A stretch of 56,758 nucleotides of DNA from Nemertoderma westbladi (Eukaryota > Animalia > Xenacoelomorpha): assembly GCA_032718475.1 (NCBI GenBank), contig JAUCBJ010001675.1, forward strand, positions 1 through 56,758, given 5' to 3'. The position numbers and the translations under genes were made by a program. The notes below the pieces were generated by a model. The model did no database searches, was not told the origin of the DNA, and saw only the letters and a program-made list of their open reading frames with translations. Of the stretch, positions 12,293-25,837 are shown in pieces (within the stretch, counting starts at the first letter, position 1; each line of letters begins with the position of its first letter).

Positions 12293-12566
12293 TTTGTCGG
12301 GTTGTCTATATCGGCTGTATGGCTTTTTTATCTATATAGTTATTAAGTATATACTCGAATATTAATTATAATATTAATTACGTTTTACGTTTTACGTTAA
12401 AATTTTGTCGTTTCTAATACAAAAGAGCCTATTTTTAATGTATTACATTTATTTGGTATTGTTTAATAATAATGTAATAATATATTGTCACTTTATTTAT
12501 TAATTAAGAAATTCGAAGCAGTTCATTTTGCTCAATGTTATTAATTATTAAATATAATTTTCCCAG

Positions 12567-12774
12567 GGAGCAGAAAGCCAATCCAGATATAAATTGGCGT
12601 CTTCCGGAAGACTTCGCCGTAGTTTACGCTGATATTGAGGGAGAATTAGTTATAGGGGGAGTTTATTTAAGATTGTACATCTCGCAACCGGCGTGGGTCC
12701 TACGGAAACCTAAAGAATTCCTTGTGGAAATATTAGATAAACTCATTCAACTTAGCAGTTACCAAAACCCACAG
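12567..12774 (+). CDS. DNAJC13: DNAJC13 exon (EQKANPDINWRLPEDFAVV...[13 protein letters not shown]...QNPQ)
   Basis: Matches recalled human NWKLPEDFAVV...[23 protein letters not shown]; cccag|G...CAG|gtaagt. Confidence 0.95.
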
Positions 12775-15700
12775 GTAAGTGGGACCTGGAAATATTAGAT
12801 AAACTCATTCAACTTAGCAGTTACCAAAACCCACAAGTAAGTGGGACCTGGAAATATTAGATAAACTCATTCAACTTAGCAGCTACCAAAGCCCACAGGG
12901 AAGTGGGACCTGGAAATATTAGATAAACTCATTCAACTTAGCAGTTACCAAAACCCACAAGTAAGTGGGACCTGGAAATATTAGATAAACTCATTCAACT
13001 TAGCAGCTACCAAAGCCCACAGGTAAGTGGGACCTGGAAATATTAGATAAACTCATTCAACTTAGCAGTTACCAAAACCCATAGGTAAGTGGGACCTGGA
13101 AATATTAGATAAACTCATTCAACTTAGCAGCTACCAAAGCCCACAGGTAAGTGGGACCTGGAAATATTAGATAAACTCATTCAACTTAGCAGCTACCAAA
13201 ACCCACAGGTAAGTGGGACCTGGAAATATTAGATAAATTCATTCAACTTAGCAGTTACCAAAACCCATAGGTAAGTGGGACCTGGAAATATTAGATAAAC
13301 TCATTCAACTTAGCAGCTACCAAAGCCCACAGGGAAGTGGGACCTGGAAATATTAGATAAACTCATTCAACTTAGCAGTTACCAAAACCCACAAGTAAGT
13401 GGGACCTGGAAATATTAGATAAACTCATTCAACTTAGCAGCTACCAAAGCCCACAGGTAAGTGGGACCTGGAAATATTAGATAAACTCATTCAACTTAGC
13501 AGTTACCAAAACCCATAGGTAAGTGGGACCTGGAAATATTAGATAAACTCATTCAACTTAGCAGCTACCAAGGCCCACAGGGAAGTGGGACCTGGAAATA
13601 TTAGATAAACTCATTCAACTTAGCAGTTACCAAAACCCACAGGTAAGTGGGACCTGGAAATATTAGATAAATTCATTCAACTTAGCAGTTACCAAAACCC
13701 ACAAGTAAGTGGGACCTGGAAATATTAGATAAACTCATTCAACTTAGCAGCTACCAAAACCCATAGGTAAGTGGGACCTGGAAATATTAGATAAACTCAT
13801 TCAACTTAGCAGTTACCAAAACCCACAGGGAAGTGGGACCTGGAAATATTAGATAAACTCATTCAACTTAGCAGCTACCAAAGCCCACAGGGAAGTGGGA
13901 CCTGGAAATATTAGATAAACTCATTCAACTTAGCAGTTACCAAAACCCATAGGTAAGTGGGACCTGGAAATATTAGATAAACTCATTCAACTTAGCAGCT
14001 ACCAAAGCCCACAGGGAAGTGGGACCTGGAAATATTAGATAAACTCATTCAACTTAGCAGTTACCAAAACCCACAGGTAAGTGGGACCTGGAAATATTAG
14101 ATAAATTCATTCAACTTAGCAGTTACCAAAACCCATAGGTAAGTGGTACCTGGAAATATTAGATAAACTCATTCAACTTAGCAGCTACCAAAGCCCACAG
14201 GGAAGTGGGACCTGGAAATATTAGATAAACTCATTCAACTTAGCAGTTACCAAAACCCACAGGTAAGTGGGACCTGGAAATATTAGATAAACTCATTCAA
14301 CTTAGCAGCTACCAAAGCCCACAGGGAAGTGGGACCTAGAAATATTAGATAAACTCATTCAACTTAGCAGTAACCAAAACCCACAGGTAAGTGGGACCTG
14401 GAAATATTAGATAAATTCATTCAACTTAGCAGTTACCAAAACCCATAGGTAAGTGGTACCTGGAAATATTAGATAAACTCATTCAACTTAGCAGCTACCA
14501 AAGCCCACAGGGAAGTGGGACCTGGAAATATTAGATAAACTCATTCAACTTAGCAGTTACCAAAACTCACAGGTAAGTGGGACCTGGAAATATTAGATAA
14601 ACTCATTCAACTTAGCAGTTACCAAAGCCCACAGGGAAGTGGGACCTGGAAATATTAGATAAACTCATTCAACTTAGCAGTTACCAAAACCCACAGGTAA
14701 GTGGGACCTGGAAATATTAGATAAACTCATTCAACTTAGCAGTTACCAAAACCCACAGGTTAGTGCGACCTGGAAATATTAGATAAACTCATTCAACTTA
14801 GCAGCTACCAAAACCCACAGGGAAGTGGGACCTGGAAATATTAGATAAACTCATTCAACTTAGCAGTTACCAAAGCCCACAGGGAAGTGGGACCTGGAAA
14901 TATTAGATAAACTCATTCAACTTAGCAGTTACCAAAACCCACAGGTAAGTGGGACCTGGAAATATTAGATAAACTCATTCAACTTAGCAGTTACCAAAAC
15001 CCACAGGTTAGTGCGACCTGGAAATATTAGATAAACTCATTCAACTTAGAAGCTACCAAAACCCACAGGGAAGTGGGACCTGGAAATATTAGATAAACTC
15101 ATTCAACTTAGCAGTTACCAAAACCCACAGGTTAGTGCGACCTGGAAATATTAGATAAACTCATTCAACTTAGCAGCTACCAAAACCCACAGGGAAGTGG
15201 TACCTGGAAATATTAGATAAACTCATTCAACTTAGCAGCTACCAAAGCCCACAGGGAAGTGGGACCTGGAAATATTAGATAAACTCATTCAACGCAGTTA
15301 CCAAAACCCACAGGTAAGTGGGACCTGGAAATATTAGATAAACTCATTCAACTTAGCAGTTACCAAAACCCACAGGGAAGTGGGACCTGGAAATATTAGA
15401 TAAACTCATTCAACTTAGCAGCTACCAAAACCCACAGGGAAGTGGGACCTGGAAATATTAGATAAACTCATTCAACTTAGCAGTTACCAAAACCCACAGG
15501 TAAGTGGGACCTGGAAATATTAGATAAACTCATTCAACTTAGCATTTACCAAAACCCACAGGTAAGTGGGACCTGGAAATATTAGATAAACTCATTCAAC
15601 TTAGCATTTACCAAAACCCACAGGTAAGTGGGACCTGGAAATATTAGATAAACTCATTCAACTTAGCAGCTACCAAAGCCCACAGGGAAGTGGGACCTGG

Positions 15701-18700
15701 AAATATTAGATAAACTCATTCAACTTAGCAGTTACCAAAACCCACAGGGAAGTGGGACCTGGAAATATTAGATAAACTCATTCAACTTAGCAGTTACCAA
15801 AACCCACAGGGAAGTGGGACCTGGAAATATTAGATAAACTCATTCAACTTAGCAGCTATCAAAACCCATAGGTAAGTGGGACCTGGAAATATTAGATAAA
15901 CTCATTCAACTTAGCAGTTACCAAAACCCACAGGGAAGTGGGACCTGGAAATATTAGATAAACTCATTCAACTTAGCAGTTACCAAAACCCACAGGGAAG
16001 TGGGACCTGGAAATATTAGATAAACTCATTCAACTTAGCAGCTACCAAAACCCATAGGTAAGTGGGACCTGGAAATATTAGATAAACTCATTCAACTTAG
16101 CAGCTACCAAAACCCATAGGTAAGTGGTACCTGGAAATATTAGATAAACTCATTCAACTTAGCAGTTACCAAAACCCACAGGGAAGTGGGACCTGGAAAT
16201 ATTAGATAAACTCATTCAACTTAGCAGTTACCAAAACCCACAGGGAAGTGGGACCTGGAAATATTAGATAAACTCATTCAACTTAGCAGCTACCAAAACC
16301 CACAGGGAAGTGGTACCTGGAAATATTAGATAAACTCATTCAACTTAGCAGTTACCAAAACCCACAGGTAAGTGGGACCTGGAAATATTAGATAAACTCA
16401 TTCAACTTAGCAGCTACCAAAACCCACAGGTAAATGGGACCTGGAAATATTAGATAAACTCATTCAACTTAGCAGTTACCAAAACCCACAGGGAAGTGGG
16501 ACCTGGAAATATTAGATAAACTCATTCAACTTAGCAGTTACCAAAACCCACAGGGAAGTGGGACCTGGAAATATTAGATAAACTCATTCAACTTAGCAGT
16601 TACCAAAACCCACAGGGAAGTGGGACCTGGAAATATTAGATAAACTCATTCAACTTAGCAGCTACCAAAACCCATAGGTAAGTGGGACCTGGAAATATTA
16701 GATAAACTCATTCAACTTAGCAGCTACCAAAACCCATAGGTAAGTGGTACCTGGAAATATTAGATAAACTCATTCAACTTAGCAGTTACCAAAACCCACA
16801 GGGAAGTGGGACCTGGAAATATTAGATAAACTCATTCAACTTAGCAGTTACCAAAACCCACAGGGAAGTGGGACCTGGAAATATTAGATAAACTCATTCA
16901 ACTTAGCAGTTACCAAAACCCACAGGGAAGTGGGACCTGGAAATATTAGATAAACTCATTCAACTTAGCAGCTACCAAAACCCACAGGGAAGTGGTACCG
17001 GGAAATATTAGATAAACTCATTCAACTTAGCAGTTACCAAAACCCACAGGTAAGTGGGACCTGGAAATATTAGATAAACTCATTCAACTTAGCAGCTACC
17101 AAAACCCACAGGTAAGTGGGACCTGGAAATATTAGATAAACTCATTCAACTTAGCAGTTACCAAAACCCACAGGTAAGTGGGACCTGGAAATATTAGATA
17201 AACTCATTCAACTTAGCAGCTACCAAAACCCACAGGTAAGTGGGACCTGGAAATATTAGATAAACTCATTCAACTTAGCATTTACCAAAACCCACAGGTA
17301 AGTGGGACCTGGAAATATTAGATAAACTCATTCAACTTAGCAGCTACCAAAGCCCACAGGGAAGTGGGACCTGGAAATATTAGATAAACTCATTCAACTT
17401 AGCAGTTACCAAAACCCACAGGGAAGTGGGACCTGGAAATATTAGATAAACTCATTCAACTTAGCAGTTACCAAAACCCACAGGGAAGTGGGACCTGGAA
17501 ATATTAGATAAACTCATTCAACTTAGCAGCTACCAAAACCCATAGGTAAGTGGGACCTGGAAATATTAGATAAACTCATTCAACTTAGCAGCTACCAAAA
17601 CCCATAGGTAAGTGGGACCTAGAAATATTAGATAAACTCATTCAACTTAGCAGTTACCAAAACCCACAGGTAAGTGGGACCTGGAAATATTAGATAAATT
17701 CATTCAACTTAGCAGTTACCAAAACCCATAGGTAAGTGGTACCTGGAAATATTAGATAAACTCATTCAACTTAGCAGCTACCAAAGCCCACAGGGAAGTG
17801 GGACCTGGAAATATTAGATAAACTCATTCAACTTAGCAGTTACCAAAGCCCACAGGGAAGTGGGACCTGGAAATATTAGATAAACTCATTCAACTTAGCA
17901 GCTACCAAAACCCATAGGTAAGTGGGACCTAGAAATATTAGATAAACTCATTCAACTTAGCAGTTACCAAAACCCACAGGTAAGTGGGACCTGGAAATAT
18001 TAGATAAACTCATTCAACTTAGCAGCTACCAAAACCCATAGGTAAGTGGGACCTAGAAATATTAGATAAACTCATTCAACTTAGCAGTTACCAAAGCCCA
18101 CAGGGAAGTGGGACCTGGAAATATTAGATAAACTCATTCAACTTAGCAGCTACCAAAACCCATAGGTAAGTGGGACCTAGAAATATTAGATAAACTCATT
18201 CAACTTAGCAGTTACCAAAATCCACAGATAAGTGGGACCTGGAAATATTAGATAAATTCATTCAACTTAGCAGTTACCAAAACCCATAGGTAAGTGGTAC
18301 CTGGAAATATTAGATAAACTCATTCAACTTAGCAGCTACCAAAGCCCACAGGGAAGTGGGACCTGGAAATATTAGATAAACTCATTCAACTTAGCAGTTA
18401 CCAAAGCCCACAGGGAAGTGGGACCTGGAAATATTAGATAAACTCATTCAAATGGGACCTGGAAATATTAGATAAACTCATTCAACTTAGCAGCTACCAA
18501 AACCCATAGGTAAGTGGGACCTAGAAATATTAGATAAACTCATTCAACTTAGCAGCTACCAAAACCCATAGGTAAGTGGGACCTAGAAATATTAGATAAA
18601 CTCATTCAACTTAGCAGTTACCAAAACCCACAGGTAAGTGGTACCTGGAAATATTAGATAAACTCATTCAACTTAGCAGCTACCAAAGCCCACAGGGAAG

Positions 18701-21700
18701 TGGGACCTGGAAATATTAGATAAACTCATTCAACTTAGCAGCTACCAAAACCCATAGGTAAGTGGGACCTGGAAATATTAGATAAACTCATTCAACTTAG
18801 CAGCTACCAAAGCCCACAGGGAAGTGGGACCTGGAAATATTAGATAAACTCATTCAACTTAGCAGTTACCAAAGCCCACAGGGAAGTGGGACCTGGAAAT
18901 ATTAGATAAACTCATTCAAATGGGACCTGGAAATATTAGATAAACTCATTCAACTTAGCAGCTACCAAAACCCATAGGTAAGTGGGACCTGGAAATATTA
19001 GATAAACTCATTCAACTTAGCAGCTACCAAAACCCATAGGTAAGTGGGACCTAGAAATATTAGATAAACTCATTCAACTTAGCAGTTACCAAAACCCACA
19101 GGTAAGTGGGACCTGGAAATATTAGATAAATTCATTCAACTTAGCAGTTACCAAAACCCATAGGTTAGTGGTACCTGTAAATATTAGATAAACTCATTCA
19201 ACTTAGCAGCTACCAAAGCCCACAGGGAAGTGGGACCTGGAAATATTAGATAAACTCATTCAACTTAGCAGTTACCAAAGCCCACAGGGAAGTGGGACCT
19301 GGAAATATTAGATAAACTCATTCAACTTAGCAGCTACCAAAGCCCACAGGGAAGTGGGACCTGGAAATATTAGATAAACTCATTCAACTTAGCAGTTACC
19401 AAAGCCCACAGGGAAGTGGGACCTGGAAATATTAGATAAACTCATTCAACTTAGCAGTTACCAAAACCCACAGGTAAGTGGGACCTGGAAATATTAGATA
19501 AACTCATTCAACGCAGTTACCAAAACCCACAGGTAAGTGGGACCTGGAAATATTAGATAAACTCATTCAACTTAGCAGTTACCAAAACTCACAGGGAAGT
19601 GGGACCTGGAAATATTAGATAAACTCATTCAACTTGCAGCTACCAAAACCCACAGGGAAGTGGGACCTGGAAATATTAGATAAACTCATTCAACTTAGCA
19701 GTTACCAAAACCCACAGGTAAGTGGGACCTGGAAATATTAGATAAACTCATTCAACTTAGCATTTACCAAAACCCACAGGTAAGTGGGACCTGGAAATAT
19801 TAGATAAACTCATTCAACTTAGCATTTACCAAAACCCACAGGTAAGTGGGACCTGGAAATATTAGATAAACTCATTCAACTTAGCAGCTACCAAAGCCCA
19901 CAGGGAAGTGGGACCTGGAAATATTAGATAAACTCATTCAACTTAGCAGTTACCAAAACCCACAGGTAAGTGGGACCTGGAAATATTAGATAAACTCATT
20001 CAACTTAGCAGCTACCAAAGCCCACAGGGAAGTGGGACCTGGAAATATTAGATAAACTCATTCAACTTAGCAGTTACCAAAACCCACAGGGAAGTGGGAC
20101 CTGAGATAAACTCATTCAACTTAGCAGTTACCAAAACCCACAGGGAAGTGGGACCTGGAAATATTAGATAAACTCATTCAACTTAGCAGCTACCAAAACC
20201 CACAGGGAAGTGGGACCTGAAAATATTAGATAAACTCATTCAACTTAGCAGCTACCAAAACCCATAGGTAAGTGGGACCTGGAAATATTAGATAAACTCA
20301 TTCAACTTAGCAGTTACCAAAACCCACAGGGAAGTGGGACCTGGAAATATTAGATAAACTCATTCAACTTAGCAGTTACCAAAACCCACAGGGAAGTGGG
20401 ACCTGGAAATATTAGATAAACTCATTCAACTTAGCAGCTACCAAAACCCATAGGTAAGTGGGACCTGGAAATATTAGATAAACTCATTCAACTTAGCAGC
20501 TACCAAAGCCCACAGGGAAGTGGGACCTGGAAATATTAGATAAACTCATTCAACGCAGTTACCAAAACCCACAGGTAAGTGGGACCTGGAATGGAAATAT
20601 TAGATAAACTCATTCAACTTAGCAGTTACCAAAACCCACAGGGAAGTGGGACCTGGAAATATTAGATAAACTCATTCAACTTAGCAGTTACCAAAACCCA
20701 CAGGGAAGTGGGACCTGGAAATATTAGATAAACTCATTCAACTTAGCAGCTACCAAAACCCATAGGTAAGTGGGACCTGGAAATATTAGATAAACTCATT
20801 CAACTTAGCAGCTACCAAAACCCATAGGTAAGTGGTACCTGGAAATATTAGATAAACTCATTCAACTTAGCAGTTACCAAAACCCACAGGGAAGTGGGAC
20901 CTGGAAATATTAGATAAACTCATTCAACTTAGCAGTTACCAAAACCCACAGGGAAGTGGGACCTGGAAATAGTAGATAAATTCATTCAACTTAGCAGCTA
21001 CCAAAACCCATAGGTAAGTGGTACCTGGAAATATTAGATAAACTCATTCAACTTAGCAGTTACCAAAACCCACAGGGAAGTGGGACCTGGAAATATTAGA
21101 TAAACTCATTCAACTTAGCAGCTACCAAAACCCACAGGTAAGTGGGACCTGGAAATATTAGATAAACTCATTCAACTTAGCAGTTACCAAAACCCACAGG
21201 GAAGTGGGACCTGGAAATATTAGATAAACTCATTCAACTTAGCAGTTACCAAAGCCCACAGGTAAGTGGGACCTGGAAATATTAGATAAACTCATTCAAC
21301 TTAGCAGCTACCAAAACCCATAGGTAAGTGGTACCTGGAAATATTAGATAAACTCATTCAACTTAGCAGTTACCAAAACCCACAGGGAAGTGGGACCTGG
21401 AAATATTAGATAAACTCATTCAACTTAGCAGCTACCAAAACCCATAGGTAAGTGGGACCTGGAAATATTAGATAAACTCATTCAACTTAGCAGCTACCAA
21501 AACCCATAGGTAAGTGGTACCTGGAAATATTAGATAAACTCATTCAACTTAGCAGTTACCAAAACCCACAGGGAAGTGGGACCTGGAAATATTAGATAAA
21601 CTCATTCAACTTAGCAGTTACCAAAACCCACAGGGAAGTGGGACCTGGAAATAGTAGATAAATTCATTCAACTTAGCAGCTACCAAAACCCATAGGTAAG

Positions 21701-21846
21701 TGGTACCTGGAAATATTAGATAAACTCATTCAACTTAGCAGTTACCAAAACCCACAGGGAAGTGGGACCTGGAAATATTAGATAAACTCATTCAACTTAG
21801 CAGCTACCAAAACCCACAGGTAAGTGGGACCTGGAAATATTAGATA
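12725..21846 (+). repeat. 9.1-kb array of a 62-bp unit (~147 copies) made of the last ~49 nt of the exon plus the splice donor
   Basis: Unit GGAAATATTAGATAAACTCATTCAACTTAGCAGTTACCAAAACCCACAG|GTAAGTGGGACCT; the first copy is the real exon end. Confidence 0.98.
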
Positions 21847-22035
21847 CAAATTTGTTATTCAACACGAATTTTGCATAATCACTTTTTGTGTCCGTATTTC
21901 TTCAAACTGTCCGACTAAATAAATACGTACAGAAAGTAAAAAAAATACGCACAAAAAATAGTCCAAAGGTTCGGGATGAGTTATTTAAACTGACAAGTAA
22001 ATTTATTATGTTTTAATTCTATTTCATTTTACTAG

Positions 22036-22215
22036 GGGGAGGTTTTGGAGGCGGTTACCACAGCAACAGTGATGCTGCTCTCCAGCCACTCCCATCTGGG
22101 CGACAACATACCGGCGTTGGGGCACCTCACACACCTTGTAAAGGCATTGGGATGTCGTAACGAGGCTGTTGTCAAGGCAATGACTAGAGTTATACATCAG
22201 ATTTCAACCAATGGG
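22036..22215 (+). CDS. DNAJC13: DNAJC13 exon (GEVLEAVTTATV...HQISTNG)
   Basis: Matches human GETLETLTMATV...PPLGHL...RVIHALS; actag|GGG...GGG|gtgagt. Confidence 0.93.
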
Positions 22216-22389
22216 GTGAGTTTTCAGTGCAATACCTATCTGTATCTGATGTATTACGGGTGGTGTCGTAAGATCCTCTATTATAATGGCTCTGATCTTT
22301 TAGCATGAGGTATATGGTTATGTTTTCTTTGCGGTCCGGCCGCTACTTCTTTAACATTGTTTTATTTACCGTGTATTTACCATCCTTGT

Positions 22390-22615
22390 TCCGCCTCCGC
22401 TTTGCAGGACATAGCTTTCGCCGTGAGGACCAGCCAGTGAATAATCTTGTACTTTGGCAGCCTCATGGAGTGAATAAGCATGGTGGACAGCCCATGACTT
22501 TCTTGAGACGCATCTTAAAGGACACTGGCCTTGAAGATGCGGATAATCTCGCGAAAGTCATTGGTGATAGGGAGTTGTGGCGGTGCAACTTTGTTGATCA
22601 GCCGGCATAGCATTC
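22390..22615 (+). mobile_element. 3' end fragment of an RTE-like LINE
   Basis: RLRFAGHSFRREDQPVNNLVLWQPHG...DTGL...DRELWR resembles RTE-clade ORF C-termini; a related copy lies at 44215-44680(-). Confidence 0.75.
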
Positions 22616-23140
22616 TTAATGCGCGCTGCATTGGGTTTGCCAATTGTGGATTGCATGGTGGTGTCAAAATGTTTTTGTTAAGCTGGCATAGCATCTCAAT
22701 GTGCAGCGGACCGATTATAGTAGTTAGTATTAGTTATAGTAGTAGTGCCCTCCTACCCCTACCCGATGGTGGTGTTATTGCACATTCCCAGGTTCATTAC
22801 GGGGGCCAATGTACTTGTACTTCCGTAATTGGTAATCTTGACTCTTAGACCCAGCGGTACAATAGGAAACTGGCTTCCGCGGGGAAGTAAAGAAAGAGTT
22901 GGTTGGTAACGGAGTCTTTAATATTGGGAGTTATAGTGGCGCCATACCTGCCTTTAAGGTAACCGCCAAGAGAGTGGAGACTTCGGGTTGTCTCCGCTTT
23001 GTCGCGTTTCCATTCATTTATCCCCTCTCATTTCTTGTCATTTTCTTTTCACCACCGTCATTGTTTCATAAACAATAAATTGTAGATTTGTATTTTAGTG
23101 TACTCAACTGAGGCATTACTTTCATTATATCTTCATATAG

Positions 23141-23425
23141 GTCTGTGTGGAGAACATGTGCACTCAACAGTGCATCCCCCCGTTAATGGTCGCAATGAAG
23201 AAGAATACCGATTGCATAGTTTTAGTTTGCGAAACCTTGAACCGAATATTCTCTCGCCCTTCGACTGACCCACTCATTGGCCAAGCCATTGAGTGCGGGA
23301 TTATACCATACCTGTTGCTAATACTCGACAAACCTGTGTCGTCACTGCCTAATATCTCGGCCACAAAAGCGCAAGTAGTGAAAACGTTAAAGTCAATGTT
23401 GGAGAGTGAAAAATATGGGGAGCAG
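23141..23425 (+). CDS. DNAJC13: DNAJC13 exon (VCVENM...ATKAQVVKTLKSM...YGEQ)
   Basis: Matches human [22 protein letters not shown]; ag/gt boundaries, phase 0. Confidence 0.94.
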
Positions 23426-23468
23426 GTTTGTAAAAATATAACTTATCTATCTAATTGAAATCATATAA

Positions 23469-24101
23469 GCCCGTGAAGCCAATTTTAAAAATCGCTTATA
23501 CACATTTAATCTCAATAATTTCACACGTGGCTTAAATCAATTGAAAGCGGAGAGTCTTACACGTCTTTTGACACCACAATTAATTAAATTCAAGATGGGA
23601 AAGATTGTTGAAATTCTGTTCACAATTGCAAACTCTGCGGATTACCTGATCTGTATGCTAGCACTCAGCCCTTGCACTTGCAGCTTACACCATTTAAGTT
23701 GGGTTTACCGGTGACTAGTACACATTTTTAATATTCAAGTAGCCTTACCAATTATTATAGTACCGGCTGACCGGTATTAAAAGCTTTTTTAAATCTAACC
23801 TGTAGTCCTTTCCGTAATCAATACAGATTGGAATGTAGTACTGCTGCTGGAAACAGCATTTTATCAATGTTCATCATCATGAATTTATTTAATTGCCGTG
23901 TCAAAAGACGTGCAAGACTCCCCGCTTTCAATTGATTTAAGCCACGTGTGAAATGATTGAGATTATAAGTGTAGACCTACTTAAATGTATCTAAAATCAC
24001 CCTCCATAGAAACCAATATAAGAACTTATCTGAGCACTGCGTAGTGACGTCAAATATGTAGCAGCCAATCACAGCCGATTTTCAAAATTGGCCTCCCGGG
24101 C
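23469..24101. mobile_element. Fold-back / MITE-like element with nested inverted repeats
   Basis: ~23500-23592 is an imperfect inverted repeat of ~23880-23972; outer arms 23469-23494 and 24076-24101 are also complementary. Confidence 0.7.
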
Positions 24102-24102
24102 C

Positions 24103-24294
24103 TACTCAAACCCGCCATTTCGACCGTTTCCACGTGTTTTTACAAAAAAAACACACCGATACTCAAACCCGCCATTTCGACCGTTTCCACGTGTTTTTAC
24201 AAAAAAAACACACCCCGCCACTGGATTCAGGGCACCTTGTTACCTCTTATTCGATTGTTTCTAGCCCAACAATTTTTTCGCGCACCAGCCCTAA
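24103..24294 (-). mobile_element. Non-autonomous DNA transposon end (TAGGGCTGGTGCG..., hAT-like), with an internal ~57-bp direct duplication
   Basis: Reverse complement matches 43981-44090 (TAGGGTTGGTGCGCGTAAAAATTGTTGGGCTA...). Confidence 0.55.
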
Positions 24295-24431
24295 TGTAAT
24301 TTATAAAAGTGGACTGTTATGAAATATTTTATCAACTATAGCAACGTGTATTAGGCTGATATAGTCCATTATACTATTTTATTGCGAGTCCAGTCCATGA
24401 ATAACCTCATCTTTAATTTTGTTTGTTTTAG

Positions 24432-24531
24432 GTCAATGAACTTCTGCAGAAAAGTAGTGTTTGGGCGGAATACAGAGACCAGAAACACGATTTGTTTATA
24501 AAAGATACCCCAGTAGCTGGTTACTTAACTG
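24432..24531 (+). CDS. DNAJC13: DNAJC13 exon near the C-terminus ([34 protein letters not shown]); last recognisable exon
   Basis: Matches human [34 protein letters not shown]; tttag|GTC...G|gtgagt. Confidence 0.95.
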
Positions 24532-25837
24532 GTGAGTTGATTTAACTATAACCCCAGTAGCGGGTTACTTAACTGGTGAGTTGATTTAACTATTTAACCC
24601 CAGTAGCGGGTTACTTAACTGGTGAGTTGATTTATCTATAACCACAGTAGCGGGTTACTTAACTGGTGAGTTGATTTAACTATAACCCCAGTAGCTGGTT
24701 ACTTAACTGGTGAGTTGATTTAACTATAACCCAGTAGCGGGTTACTTAACTGGTGAGTTGATTTAACTATAACACAGTAGCGGGTTACTTAACTGGTGAG
24801 TTGATTTAACTATAACCCAGTAGCGGGTTACTTAACTGGTGAGTTGATTTAACTATAACCCCAGTAGCGGGTTACTTAACTGGTGAGTTGATTTAACTAT
24901 AACCCCAGTAGCGGGTTACTTAACTGGTGAGTTGATTTAACTATAACCCAGTAGCGGGTTACTTAACTGGTGAGTTGATTTAACTATAACCCCAGTAGCG
25001 GGTTACTTAACTGGTGAGTTGATTTAACTATAACCCAGTAGCGGGTTACTTAACTGGTGAGTTGATTTAACTATAACCCAGTAGCGGGTTACTTAACTGG
25101 TGAGTTGATTTAACTATAACCCCAGTAGCGGGTTACTTAACTGGTGAGTTGATTTAACTATAACTCCAGTAGCGGGTTACTTAACTGGTGAGTTGATTTA
25201 ACTATAACCCAGTAGCGGGTTACTTAACTGGTGAGTTGATTTAACTATAACCCCAGTAGCGGGTTACTTAACTGGTGAGTTGATTTAACTATAACCCCAG
25301 TAGCGGGTTACTTAACTGGTGAGTTGATTTAACTATAACCCAGTAGCGGGTTACTTAACTGGTGAGTTGATTTAACTATAACCCCAGTAGCGGGTTACTT
25401 AACTGCTGAGTTGATTTAACTATAACACAGTAGCTGGTTACTTAACTGCTGAGTTGATTTAACTATAACCCCAGTAGCGGGTTACTTAACTGGTGAGTTG
25501 ATTTAACTATAACCCCAGTAGCGGGTTACTTAACTGGTGAGTTGATTTAACTATAACCCCAGTAGCGGGTTACTTAACTGGTGAGTTGATTTAACTATAA
25601 TCCCAGTAGCGGGTTACTTAACTGGTGAGTTGATTTAACTATAACCCAGTAGCGGGTTACTTAACTGGTGAGTTGATTTAACTATAACCCCAGTAGCGGG
25701 TTACTTAACTGGTGAGTTGATTTAACTATAACCCAGTAGCGGGTTACTTAACTGGTGAGTTGATTTAACTATAATCCCAGTAGCGGGTTACTTAACTGGT
25801 GAGTTGATTTAACTATAACCCAGTAGCGGGTTACTTA
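24507..25837 (+). repeat. 43-44-bp tandem array (~30 copies) of exon end plus splice donor
   Basis: Unit ACCCCAGTAGCGGGTTACTTAACTG|GTGAGTTGATTTAACTATA; the first copy is the real exon end. Confidence 0.97.

Noticed and set aside
5773-12365. Repetitive ORFs (NVTETDNNITGAWIEK / MLLSVSVTFFSIHAPV) resembling glycoproteins
   Set aside because: Modules are multiples of 3 within a DNAJC13 intron; frames break at frequent 1-2 bp indels.
12725-21846. CRISPR or coding repeat
   Set aside because: No unique spacers; the unit is a copy of the exon end and donor and contains stops.
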